In this document: piece after piece, positions 47,705-55,551 of the stretch | How the letters are laid out: the number at the start of each line of letters is the position of its first letter | How positions within the stretch are numbered: position 1 is the stretch's first letter | Assembly (NCBI GenBank): GCA_035552615.1 | Contig: DASZLC010000119.1 | Coordinates: forward strand, 24,046-88,045 | Direction of reading: 5' to 3' | DNA from: Solirubrobacteraceae bacterium | Lineage (GTDB): Bacteria; Actinomycetota; Thermoleophilia; Solirubrobacterales; Solirubrobacteraceae | Length of the DNA: 64,000 nt | The notes under the pieces: generated by a model | What the model was told of the DNA's origin: nothing | Seen by the model: only the letters and a program-made list of their open reading frames with translations | The model's database searches: none | Translations under genes and position numbers: made by a program

Positions 47705-49270
47705 ATGGTCGATGCTGAGCCGATCGAGGGCTACCGGGTCCCTGATGGGTCCTGCGACGAGCTAGTTGAGAACGATGGCACGCCGCGGCCGCACGTCGCG
47801 TCGCTGATCGGCGCGCTGCAGCGCCTCGGCCCGGCGGCGCTGGCCGCGGCCGGGGAGCGCCGCGACGCGATCTTCATGCAGCAGGGCATCACCTTCGAGG
47901 TGGCGGGCTCCGACGGCGAGCGCCGAGACCGGGCGTGGCCGCTGGACCTTGTGCCGCGGGTCATCCCGGCCGCCGAGTGGACGGTGATCAAGCGCGGGCT
48001 GGCGCAGCGGATCCGAGCGTTGAACGCGTTCGTCGACGACGTCTACCACGCCCACGAGATCGTCCGGGCCGGGATCGTGCCGTGGTCCCTCATCGTCAGC
48101 CGCCCCAGCTTCGCGCGGCAGGTGCACGGCATCCGCGCCCCCGGCGGCGTCTACTGCCATGTGTCGGGCTGTGACCTTGTTCGCGGCGGGGATGAGCGCT
48201 GGTGGGTGCTGGAGGACAACGTCCGCACCCCGTCGGGGATCTCCTACGTGCTGGAGAACCGGCTGGCGATGACCCGGCTCGTGCCCGAGCTGTTCGCCGG
48301 GCACCGGATCCGGCCGGTCGACAACTACCCGTCGCTGCTGCTGGAGTCGCTGCGCGCCGTCGCGCCAGCCGCCGACGGCAACCCGAACATCGTGCTGTGG
48401 ACGCCGGGGCCGATGAACTCGGCGTACTTCGAGCACGCCTTCCTGGCCCGCCAGATGGGAATCGAGCTGGTCGAGGCCTCCGACCTCGTCGTCCGCGACG
48501 CCGTCTGCTACATGCGCACGACGGCCGGGCTGCAGCGCGTCCACGCCATCTACCGCCGCCTCGACGACGACTTCATCGACCCGCTGGAGTTCCGGCCCGA
48601 CTCGCTGCTCGGCGTCCCGGGCCTGATCCGCGCCTACCGCGCCGGCACGGTCGCGATCGCCAACGCGATCGGCACCGGCGTGGCCGACGACAAGGCGATC
48701 TACCACTACGTCCCCGAGATGATCCGCTTCTATCTCGGCGAGGAGCCGATCCTCGACAACGTGCCCACCTACCTGCTGAGCGACGAGCAGGCGCGGGCGC
48801 ACGTGCTGGGGCGACTGGCCGAACTGGTCGTGAAGCCGACCAGCGAATCCGGCGGCAAGGGCGTGTTCATCGGCCCGCACGCCAGCGCCGCCGAGCTCGA
48901 GGCCCAACGGCGGCTGGTCGAGGCCCAGCCCGAGCGGTGGATCGCCCAGGAGCTCGTGCACCTGTCGACGGCGCCGACCGAGACGGGGGATGGCAAGCTC
49001 TCGCCACGCCACGTCGACCTGCGCCCGTTCGCCGTGTTCGGCGACGAGATCAGGATTGTTCCGGGCGGCCTCACTCGAGTCGCCCTGGTCGAGGGTTCGA
49101 TGATCGTGAACTCCTCGCAGGGCGGGGGCTCCAAGGACACGTGGGTGCTCGACGACGGCGAGGTGGGCAGCGATCCCGCCCCCGGCACGCTGCCCGCCTA
49201 CCGCCCGCCGCGCCTGCCCGACGTGCGCTACGGCGGCTGGCAGGGCCAGGCTCAGCAGCAACAGCAATGA
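47705..49270 (+). CDS. Circularly permuted type 2 ATP-grasp protein
   Basis: GITF, VLEDNVRTPSGISY.LENR, TPG..NSAYFEH, YRRLDDDFIDP, GVADDK, VVKP, PRHVDLRPF, PGGLTRVAL, NSSQGGGSKDTWV. Confidence 0.93.
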   Translation: MVDAEPIEGYRVPDGSCDELVENDGTPRPHVASLIGALQRLGPAALAAAGERRDAIFMQQGITFEVAGSDGERRDRAWPLDLVPRVIPAAEWTVIKRGLAQRIRALNAFVDDVYHAHEIVRAGIVPWSLIVSRPSFARQVHGIRAPGGVYCHVSGCDLVRGGDERWWVLEDNVRTPSGISYVLENRLAMTRLVPELFAGHRIRPVDNYPSLLLESLRAVAPAADGNPNIVLWTPGPMNSAYFEHAFLARQMGIELVEASDLVVRDAVCYMRTTAGLQRVHAIYRRLDDDFIDPLEFRPDSLLGVPGLIRAYRAGTVAIANAIGTGVADDKAIYHYVPEMIRFYLGEEPILDNVPTYLLSDEQARAHVLGRLAELVVKPTSESGGKGVFIGPHASAAELEAQRRLVEAQPERWIAQELVHLSTAPTETGDGKLSPRHVDLRPFAVFGDEIRIVPGGLTRVALVEGSMIVNSSQGGGSKDTWVLDDGEVGSDPAPGTLPAYRPPRLPDVRYGGWQGQAQQQQQ

Positions 49271-50313
49271 TGCTCGCTCGGATCGCCCAGGAGCTGTTCT
49301 GGCTCGGCCGCGACCTGAACCGCGCCGAGAACACGGCCCGGATGCTCGACGGCGCCTTCCACGCCGATGTCGCCGGGGCTCCGAACGAGCGCGGGATCGC
49401 GCTGAGCTGGGCCGGCGTGCTGGCCATCATCGGAGCCAAGCCACCGGCCCCGGGCGAGGAGGCGGGAGCCGAGCGCGAGCCCGCCGAGGCCGCGGCCGCC
49501 GCCGTCGAAGCGGCCGCCGACGGCTGGGTCGGCGGCGGGTGGGCGCCGCTGCTCGGACGCGCCGAGGTGGCGCCGCTGCTGACGCTCGATACCGACAGCC
49601 CCGCCTCGATCGTCTCCTGCGTGGCGCGCGCCCGCGACCGCGGTCGCACCCTGCGCGACGTGATCTCGACCGAGATGTGGGAGGCGCTGAACGCCTTCTA
49701 CCTGAGCCTCGGCCGCTACGACCTGCAGGCCGCGCTGCTCACCGGTCCGTACTCCGTCTATCAAGAGGTGAAGGAGCGCTGTGCCCAGCTGTGGGGCCTC
49801 GTCGACCGGACGATGCTGCGCGACGAGGGCCGCGCCTTCCTGGAGGCCGGCGGGCGGATCGAGGAGGCCGACATGGTGCTGCGGATGCTGCGCGTCACCG
49901 TCCCCGCCGAAGCCGAGCGCAACGGCGAGTTCGGCCACGACGCCGAGGCCCTGGCCCTGCTGCAGGCCACCGGCGGCGTCCAGGCCTACCGCCGCGCGGT
50001 CCGTCAGACGCCGACGCTGCGCTCGGTCACCCGCTTCCTGCTGTACGAGGGCGCCTACCCGGGCTCCGTGGCCTCCTCGCTGGAGGCGCTGCGGACCGCG
50101 CTGGAGACGGCCGACGCGCAGCCGCGCTCCTCGCCGCCGGTGCTCCGGCTCGGGCGGCTGATCGCCGACCTGGAGCTGCAGCGGCGCACCCCGGGGCAGA
50201 CCGATCTCGTCGGCGAGATGCTGGCCCAGATCCAGGACGAGCTCGAGCTGATCGATCGCGACGTCGACGATCGGTACTTCGCCATCGCGGCCTTGTCCGC
50301 CGTCCATCTGTAG
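49267..50313 (+). CDS. Alpha-E domain protein
   Basis: MLARIAQELFWLGR..RAENTARML, SIVSC...AR, R.VISTEMWEALN, GRIEEAD, PGSV. Confidence 0.9.
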   Translation: MMLARIAQELFWLGRDLNRAENTARMLDGAFHADVAGAPNERGIALSWAGVLAIIGAKPPAPGEEAGAEREPAEAAAAAVEAAADGWVGGGWAPLLGRAEVAPLLTLDTDSPASIVSCVARARDRGRTLRDVISTEMWEALNAFYLSLGRYDLQAALLTGPYSVYQEVKERCAQLWGLVDRTMLRDEGRAFLEAGGRIEEADMVLRMLRVTVPAEAERNGEFGHDAEALALLQATGGVQAYRRAVRQTPTLRSVTRFLLYEGAYPGSVASSLEALRTALETADAQPRSSPPVLRLGRLIADLELQRRTPGQTDLVGEMLAQIQDELELIDRDVDDRYFAIAALSAVHL

Positions 50314-50321
50314 GAGTCGAC

Positions 50322-51248
50322 ATGATGCCTGGCGGCCCAGAGATGAACTTCGCGATCCGCTATCTCACCCGGTACGAGTACGACGCCGAGGTCGTCGACA
50401 ACTTGAACGCGCTGCGCGTGCGACCGGCCGCCAACAGCCGCCAGCGGGTCGACGAGTTCAGCGTGCGCCTGAATCCCGAGGCCCGCGTCCACACGCACAG
50501 CGACTATTTCGGCACCGACGTCGTCGAGTTCGAGATCTCCCGTCCGCACCAGCAGCTGGCGATCGACATCCGCGCGCGCGTCAGCACCAAACCGCCTGAT
50601 ACTCCCCCCGACGGGACCTGGGAGGAGCTCCGGGACGCGGGCTACCGGGAGGCCGGCGGCGAGTTCCTGCTGCCGACGTGGACGGGGCTCCAGAGCGACC
50701 ATCCCGAGCACCCGGTGCTGACCGAGCTGCTGAGCAGGTCCCGGGCGGCCGCGAGCCCCTTGAAGTCCCTGATGTTGCTGGCCGAGCTGATCCCCGACCG
50801 CTTCGAGTACCGCCGCGGCGCCACCTACGTCGACTCCTCGGTGTCCGACCTGCTGGCCGGCGGTGCCGGCGTCTGCCAGGACTTCGTCCACCTGGGGCTG
50901 GCGATCCTCCGCCATCACGGGATCGCCGCGCGCTACGTCTCTGGCTACCTGTTCGACTCAGGCGGGATGCCGGCGCAGGCCGAGCAGTCGGTCGAGGTCG
51001 ACACCCATGCGTGGATCGAGGCGCTCCTGCCGACGGCGAGCGGCGGCGAGCCCGCGTGGGTGGGGGCCGACCCCACCAACCGCGGCCTTGTCGGCGAGAA
51101 CCACGTGAAGATCGGCCACGGTCGTCATTATCCGGACGTCCCGCCGATCAAGGGCGTCTACCGCGGCAATGCCGATTCGACGCTGGAGGCGCGAGTGACG
51201 ATGACGCGGCTGGACAAGGCCGACCCGGCGTCGATCGCGCGTTCGTGA
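50322..51248 (+). CDS. Transglutaminase-like protein with N-terminal bacterial TGase domain
   Basis: GVCQDF (Cys), ARYVSGYL, THAWIE (His), DPTN (Asp), GRHY.DVPP.KG; ATG 50343 is an alternative start. Confidence 0.92.
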   Translation: MMPGGPEMNFAIRYLTRYEYDAEVVDNLNALRVRPAANSRQRVDEFSVRLNPEARVHTHSDYFGTDVVEFEISRPHQQLAIDIRARVSTKPPDTPPDGTWEELRDAGYREAGGEFLLPTWTGLQSDHPEHPVLTELLSRSRAAASPLKSLMLLAELIPDRFEYRRGATYVDSSVSDLLAGGAGVCQDFVHLGLAILRHHGIAARYVSGYLFDSGGMPAQAEQSVEVDTHAWIEALLPTASGGEPAWVGADPTNRGLVGENHVKIGHGRHYPDVPPIKGVYRGNADSTLEARVTMTRLDKADPASIARS

Positions 51249-51254
51249 CAGCAG

Positions 51255-51270
51255 TGTGAGGTGACTCACG
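51255..51270. promoter_or_regulatory. Candidate CRP/GlxR-type site
   Basis: TGTGA-GGTGAC-TCACG, 9/10 match to TGTGA-N6-TCACA, in an intergenic gap. Confidence 0.45.
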
Positions 51271-51314
51271 CGCCGTTCACGATTGGCCCGTGAGCCGCTG
51301 GTAGGGTCGCGTGC

Positions 51315-52097
51315 ATGGGAGAACGCACGCACTACACACCGGGCACATTCAGCTGGACCGACCTGACCACGACCGACCAGGACGCGGCCAAGGCGTTCTA
51401 CGGCGGGCTGTTCGGCTGGGAGGCGTTCGACGCTCCCGTGGGCGACGGGGTCGTCTACTCGATGATGAGCATCGGCGGCAAGCAGGTGGCGGCGATCTCG
51501 CCCCAGCAGCAGGCCCAGGTCGAGATGGGCGCGCCGCCGACCTGGAACTCGTACGTCACCGTCGAGAGCGCTGACGCGTCCGCCGCACGCGCCGCCGAGC
51601 TCGGGGCGACCGTGCACGCGCCGCCGTTCGACGTGATGACCGCCGGACGGATGGCGGTGATCCAGGATCCGCAGGGCGCGTTCGTCATGCTCTGGGAGCC
51701 GAAGGACCATCCCGGCGCCGGGCTCGTGAACGCCCCTGGCGCGTTCTCCTGGAACGAGCTGGCCACGCCCGACGTGGACGCCTCGGCCCGGTTCTACGGC
51801 GATCTGTTTGGGTGGACGACCGAGGCGATGGACACGGGTAGCGTGCCCTACCTCATGGTCGCGACCGCCGACGGGCACACCAACGGCGGCATCCGCCCCG
51901 CGATGCCACCCGGCAGCCCGCCCCACTGGCTCGTCTACTTCGGGACCGACGACATCGACGCCTCGGTGGCCGCCGTGGAGCGGCTTGGCGGCACGAAGCT
52001 CAGCGACGTGATCGACATCGGGATGGGCAAGATCGCTCCGGTCCAGGATCCGCAGGGCGCCGTGTTCGCGCTGTACACGGGCGATTTCGAGGACTGA
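51315..52097 (+). CDS. Two-domain VOC/glyoxalase (CFP32-like)
   Basis: PGTFSWTDL...AKAFYGGLFGW repeated twice; two DPQGA motifs. Confidence 0.9.
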   Translation: MGERTHYTPGTFSWTDLTTTDQDAAKAFYGGLFGWEAFDAPVGDGVVYSMMSIGGKQVAAISPQQQAQVEMGAPPTWNSYVTVESADASAARAAELGATVHAPPFDVMTAGRMAVIQDPQGAFVMLWEPKDHPGAGLVNAPGAFSWNELATPDVDASARFYGDLFGWTTEAMDTGSVPYLMVATADGHTNGGIRPAMPPGSPPHWLVYFGTDDIDASVAAVERLGGTKLSDVIDIGMGKIAPVQDPQGAVFALYTGDFED

Positions 52098-52145
52098 CCG
52101 CGCCGGGCGGCGCCGCCCCGCGGGCGAGCCGTCATACTGCGGGCC

Positions 52146-52853
52146 GTGCGACGAGGGTTGGTCACCGCCACCGCGGCGGCGCTGGCGCTGAGCGGGTGCG
52201 GCTCCCTCGCCTCGCCCCAGCGCGGTGACGGGCAACGCCAATCGGCACCGAGCATCAGCTTCCACGCCCACCCGCAGGTCGTCGAGCCGGTGGCCGGCGC
52301 GTCCGGCGCCCTCGACAGCGCTTCGGCCGGCGGCGTGAGCGTCAACACCGCCGGGACGTCGGGGGCGCTCGCCGAGCCGGTGTCGCTGCAGACCGTCCGC
52401 CAGGAGCTCGGCCAGAGCGGCATGTCGGCCAACCAGGACAGCGCGGAACTGACCGCCGGAGGCCTGGCGATCGCGCCGGTGAGCGCGCCGCAGCAGGTCC
52501 AGGAGATCATCGACGCGGGGAACGAGATCGCGCATCTGCCGTATGTCTGGGGGGGCGGCCACGAAAAGTTCATCGACACCGGCTATGACTGCTCGGGCTC
52601 GCTCAGCTTCGTGCTGGCGGCGGCCGGCCTGTTGAACACGACGATGACCTCGGGCCAGCTCGCGACCTGGGGCAAGCCCGGCCCGGGCAAGTGGGTGACG
52701 ATCTTCGCCAACGCCGGGCACACGTTCATGTACGTGGCGGGGCTCCGGTTCGACACCGTCGCGCTGGCGGAGACGGGCACGCGCTGGTCCAACCGCTCCG
52801 CCGACGAGTCCAACCTGTCGAGCTTCGCCGTCCGTCACCCGCCGGGTCTATAG
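52146..52853 (+). CDS. NlpC/P60-like lipoprotein
   Basis: Lipobox LSGC; PYVWGGGH, GYDCSG, GHTFM. Confidence 0.82.
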   Translation: MRRGLVTATAAALALSGCGSLASPQRGDGQRQSAPSISFHAHPQVVEPVAGASGALDSASAGGVSVNTAGTSGALAEPVSLQTVRQELGQSGMSANQDSAELTAGGLAIAPVSAPQQVQEIIDAGNEIAHLPYVWGGGHEKFIDTGYDCSGSLSFVLAAAGLLNTTMTSGQLATWGKPGPGKWVTIFANAGHTFMYVAGLRFDTVALAETGTRWSNRSADESNLSSFAVRHPPGL

Positions 52854-52856
52854 CCG

Positions 52857-53726
52857 TCAGGCGGCGACGGCGGCGGTTGGCTCGTCGGCGAACTGCAGGA
52901 GCAGCTCGGTGAAGCGCTCGGGGACCTCAACCTGGGGGCAGTGGCCGACGCCCTCCCACAGCTCCAGCCGGGACTCGGGCACCGCCGCGAGGACCCGCTC
53001 GGCGCCGCGGTGGTAGACGAGCCGGTCGCGATCGCCCCACAGCAGCAGGACGGGCGCGGCGATCCGCTCCAGCGCGAACGGCGCACGCAGCTCCGGGATC
53101 AGGCGGTGCGCGATGTCGAGGTAGCTGGCGGCGGTGGCGCGATGCCGGAGGTGGTACGTGAAGGTCGACACGACGCCCGGGTCGATCTCCCCCGGCCTGG
53201 CGAAGGCCAGCTGCCGGTACAGGCGAGCCACGGCGGCCCGCAGGACGACCGCCGGAACCGGGGTCGGCAACGCCATCAACGAGCGCAGGACCGGATCGCG
53301 CTGGACGAGGTCGAGGAGGCGGTTCATCACCAGTCCGGCCGGCGCCACCGCCAGGACGCCGCCGACCAGGCCCGCCTGACGCTCGGCCAGTCGCAGCGCG
53401 ACGCAGCCACCGAGCGAGTTGCCGACCACGACTGCCGGCCGGCGTGGACGGCCCGCGGCGTAGCGCAGGGCGCCGGCGACGAACGCGTCGTACTGGGGCA
53501 GGATCTCGGCCGCTCGCAACCGGTCGGCCGTCCCGAACCCGGGCAGATCGACGGCGATCGCCCGCTGGCCGTGACGGGCCAGCAGGGCCAGCGACTGGCG
53601 CCAGGTGTCGGCGCTGTCGGCATACCCGTGGAGCATCAGCAGCGGCGGACCGCTGCCCTCCAGCTCCAGGACACGAGTCTCGTAGCCGCCGAACGTGGTC
53701 CGATGCTCGAACAGCGGCTCGATCAT
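52857..53726 (-). CDS. Alpha/beta hydrolase (Ser nucleophile)
   Basis: LHGY, DLPGFG, GNSLGG, WGDRD, GHCPQ; GTG 53744 is an alternative start. Confidence 0.88.
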   Translation of the reverse strand: MIEPLFEHRTTFGGYETRVLELEGSGPPLLMLHGYADSADTWRQSLALLARHGQRAIAVDLPGFGTADRLRAAEILPQYDAFVAGALRYAAGRPRRPAVVVGNSLGGCVALRLAERQAGLVGGVLAVAPAGLVMNRLLDLVQRDPVLRSLMALPTPVPAVVLRAAVARLYRQLAFARPGEIDPGVVSTFTYHLRHRATAASYLDIAHRLIPELRAPFALERIAAPVLLLWGDRDRLVYHRGAERVLAAVPESRLELWEGVGHCPQVEVPERFTELLLQFADEPTAAVAA

Positions 53727-53773
53727 GGTCGCCCTGCCGTCCACGAGCGCCGGATGCTACTGAACGGCGGCGT

Positions 53774-54466
53774 TCAGGCGCGTCCGTAGACGGGGATCGC
53801 CGCCCCGCTGGTGGCGACCGCATCGTCTGACAGCAGGTGGGCGATCACCGCGGCGATCTCGGCCGGCCGGACCCACTTGGAGTGATCGGCGTTCGGCATC
53901 GAGGCCCGGTTGCCGGGCGTGTCGATCACGCTTGGCAGCACCGCGTTGCAGCGGATCCGGTCCTGCTTGTACTCGACCGCGACCGCCTGGGCGAAGGCGA
54001 TCACCGCCGCCTTGGAGGCGATATAGCCCGCGGCGCCCGAGAACGGCTGCAGCGCCGCGCGCGTGCCGACGCAGACGATCGAGCCCTGTTTCTGGTCAAG
54101 CAGGTGCGGGAGCGCCGCCTGGGTGACGAGGTATGTCGGGCGCAGGTTCAGGCGAAACTGGCGCTCGAACTCGTCGATCGGCGTCTCGTCCACGCGCCCG
54201 CCGGCGGCGAACCCACCGACCAGGTTGACCACCCCGTGCAGTGGGGCCGTGGGGTCGCCGGCGGCCAGGGCGGTCACCTGCGCGACGGCGTCGGGGTCGA
54301 ACAGGTCGGCCTGGACCAGCTGGAGGCCTTCGCCGCGCTCGACGCGCTCCAGCTCGTGCTCCGCGACCCATGGAACGACCGTGCGCCACCCGTCCGCGCG
54401 GAGGCGAGCGACGACCGCCGAGCCAAGGCCGCCCGTCCCTCCCGTAATGATCGCGGTGCGGTCCAT
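53774..54466 (-). CDS. Short-chain dehydrogenase/reductase
   Basis: TGGTGGLG, YIASK, PSVIDTP. Confidence 0.92.
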   Translation of the reverse strand: MDRTAIITGGTGGLGSAVVARLRADGWRTVVPWVAEHELERVERGEGLQLVQADLFDPDAVAQVTALAAGDPTAPLHGVVNLVGGFAAGGRVDETPIDEFERQFRLNLRPTYLVTQAALPHLLDQKQGSIVCVGTRAALQPFSGAAGYIASKAAVIAFAQAVAVEYKQDRIRCNAVLPSVIDTPGNRASMPNADHSKWVRPAEIAAVIAHLLSDDAVATSGAAIPVYGRA

Positions 54467-54491
54467 CCGCCCTGAACTCTATCTTCGCGGC

Positions 54492-55466
54492 ATGAAAGTC
54501 CGCCAATTTGCAGAGGGATCGGACATCTCGCAGCCGCTGCTGGTGCGTGAGGCGCAGATCCGGCGGCGGCGTGACGGCACCGAGTTCCTGCGCGTGCGGC
54601 TGGGCGACCGCACCGGCACGGTGAGCGCCGTGATCGAGGAGGACATCGCCGCGATGCGCGAGCTGTACTCCCCCGGCGAGGTCGTCCACGTGACCGGGAC
54701 GGTGACGATTCACCCCCGTTTCGGGCCCGAGCTGGCGATCGCCGCCGTGCGCGCCGCCGGCGCCAGCGAGTACGTTCGAGCGGAGCTCCAGGACGGTCCG
54801 GTCCGCCCACCGGAGAAGCTGGAGGCCGATCTGCGTGAGCTGATCGCCACGGTGCAGGATCCGTGGTTGCGCCGGCTGCTGACGGCGGTCTTCGGCGAGC
54901 ACGCCCCGACGTGGACGAGCTTCCGGGACGCCCCGGCAGCCAAGCACTACCACCAGGCCTACCGGCACGGCCTGCTGGAGCACTCGTTGACCGTCGGTCA
55001 GGCCGTTGGCGCCATCTCCGCCACCTTCCCCGGTATCGACCGCGACGTCGCGGTGACCGGCGCGCTGCTGCACGACATCGGCAAGCTCGAGGCCTACGAC
55101 ATGGAGGACGGGGCGATCGAGATGTCCGACCTCGGGCGCCTGTATGGGGAGATCCCGCTCGGCTACTACCGGGTGAGACGGCTGATCGACGAGCTCGAGG
55201 GCTTCCCGGCCGAGCTGGAGCGGGCGCTGCTGCACATCATCCTCAGCCATCACGGCACGCTGGAGCACGGCAGCCCCGTCGTCCCGGTGACGCGCGAAGC
55301 GACGCTCGTGCACATGATCGACAACCTCGGCGGCCGGCTCGGCAGCTTCGACCGCCTGGAGAAGGAGCTCCGCTCCGGTGAGGCGTGGAGCGCGTGGGAT
55401 AAGGGCATCGGCGGCGGCGCCTACTTCGGGCCGCGGGCCGACACCGAGCGCGCAGCGGCGGCCTGA
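54492..55466 (+). CDS. yhaM: YhaM-like OB-fold + HD 3'-5' exonuclease
   Basis: OB fold L.DRTG.V.A; PAAK..H.AY..GLLEHS, LLHDIGK, ILSHHG.LE.GSP, EA..VH.ID. Confidence 0.88.
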   Translation: MKVRQFAEGSDISQPLLVREAQIRRRRDGTEFLRVRLGDRTGTVSAVIEEDIAAMRELYSPGEVVHVTGTVTIHPRFGPELAIAAVRAAGASEYVRAELQDGPVRPPEKLEADLRELIATVQDPWLRRLLTAVFGEHAPTWTSFRDAPAAKHYHQAYRHGLLEHSLTVGQAVGAISATFPGIDRDVAVTGALLHDIGKLEAYDMEDGAIEMSDLGRLYGEIPLGYYRVRRLIDELEGFPAELERALLHIILSHHGTLEHGSPVVPVTREATLVHMIDNLGGRLGSFDRLEKELRSGEAWSAWDKGIGGGAYFGPRADTERAAAA

Positions 55467-55551
55467 GCGTCCGCTAGACGCCCGCAAAACGCGCAAATAG
55501 CGCGGCCGGCACCCCGCCCGCTCGACCACCCATTTAAAGTGGGTCGAAGAG

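Noticed and set aside
55522-55547. SOS box interpretation of the TCGACC...GGTCGA dyad
   Set aside because: The half-sites and the 14-nt spacer do not fit the actinobacterial LexA consensus TCGAAC-N4-GTTCGA.
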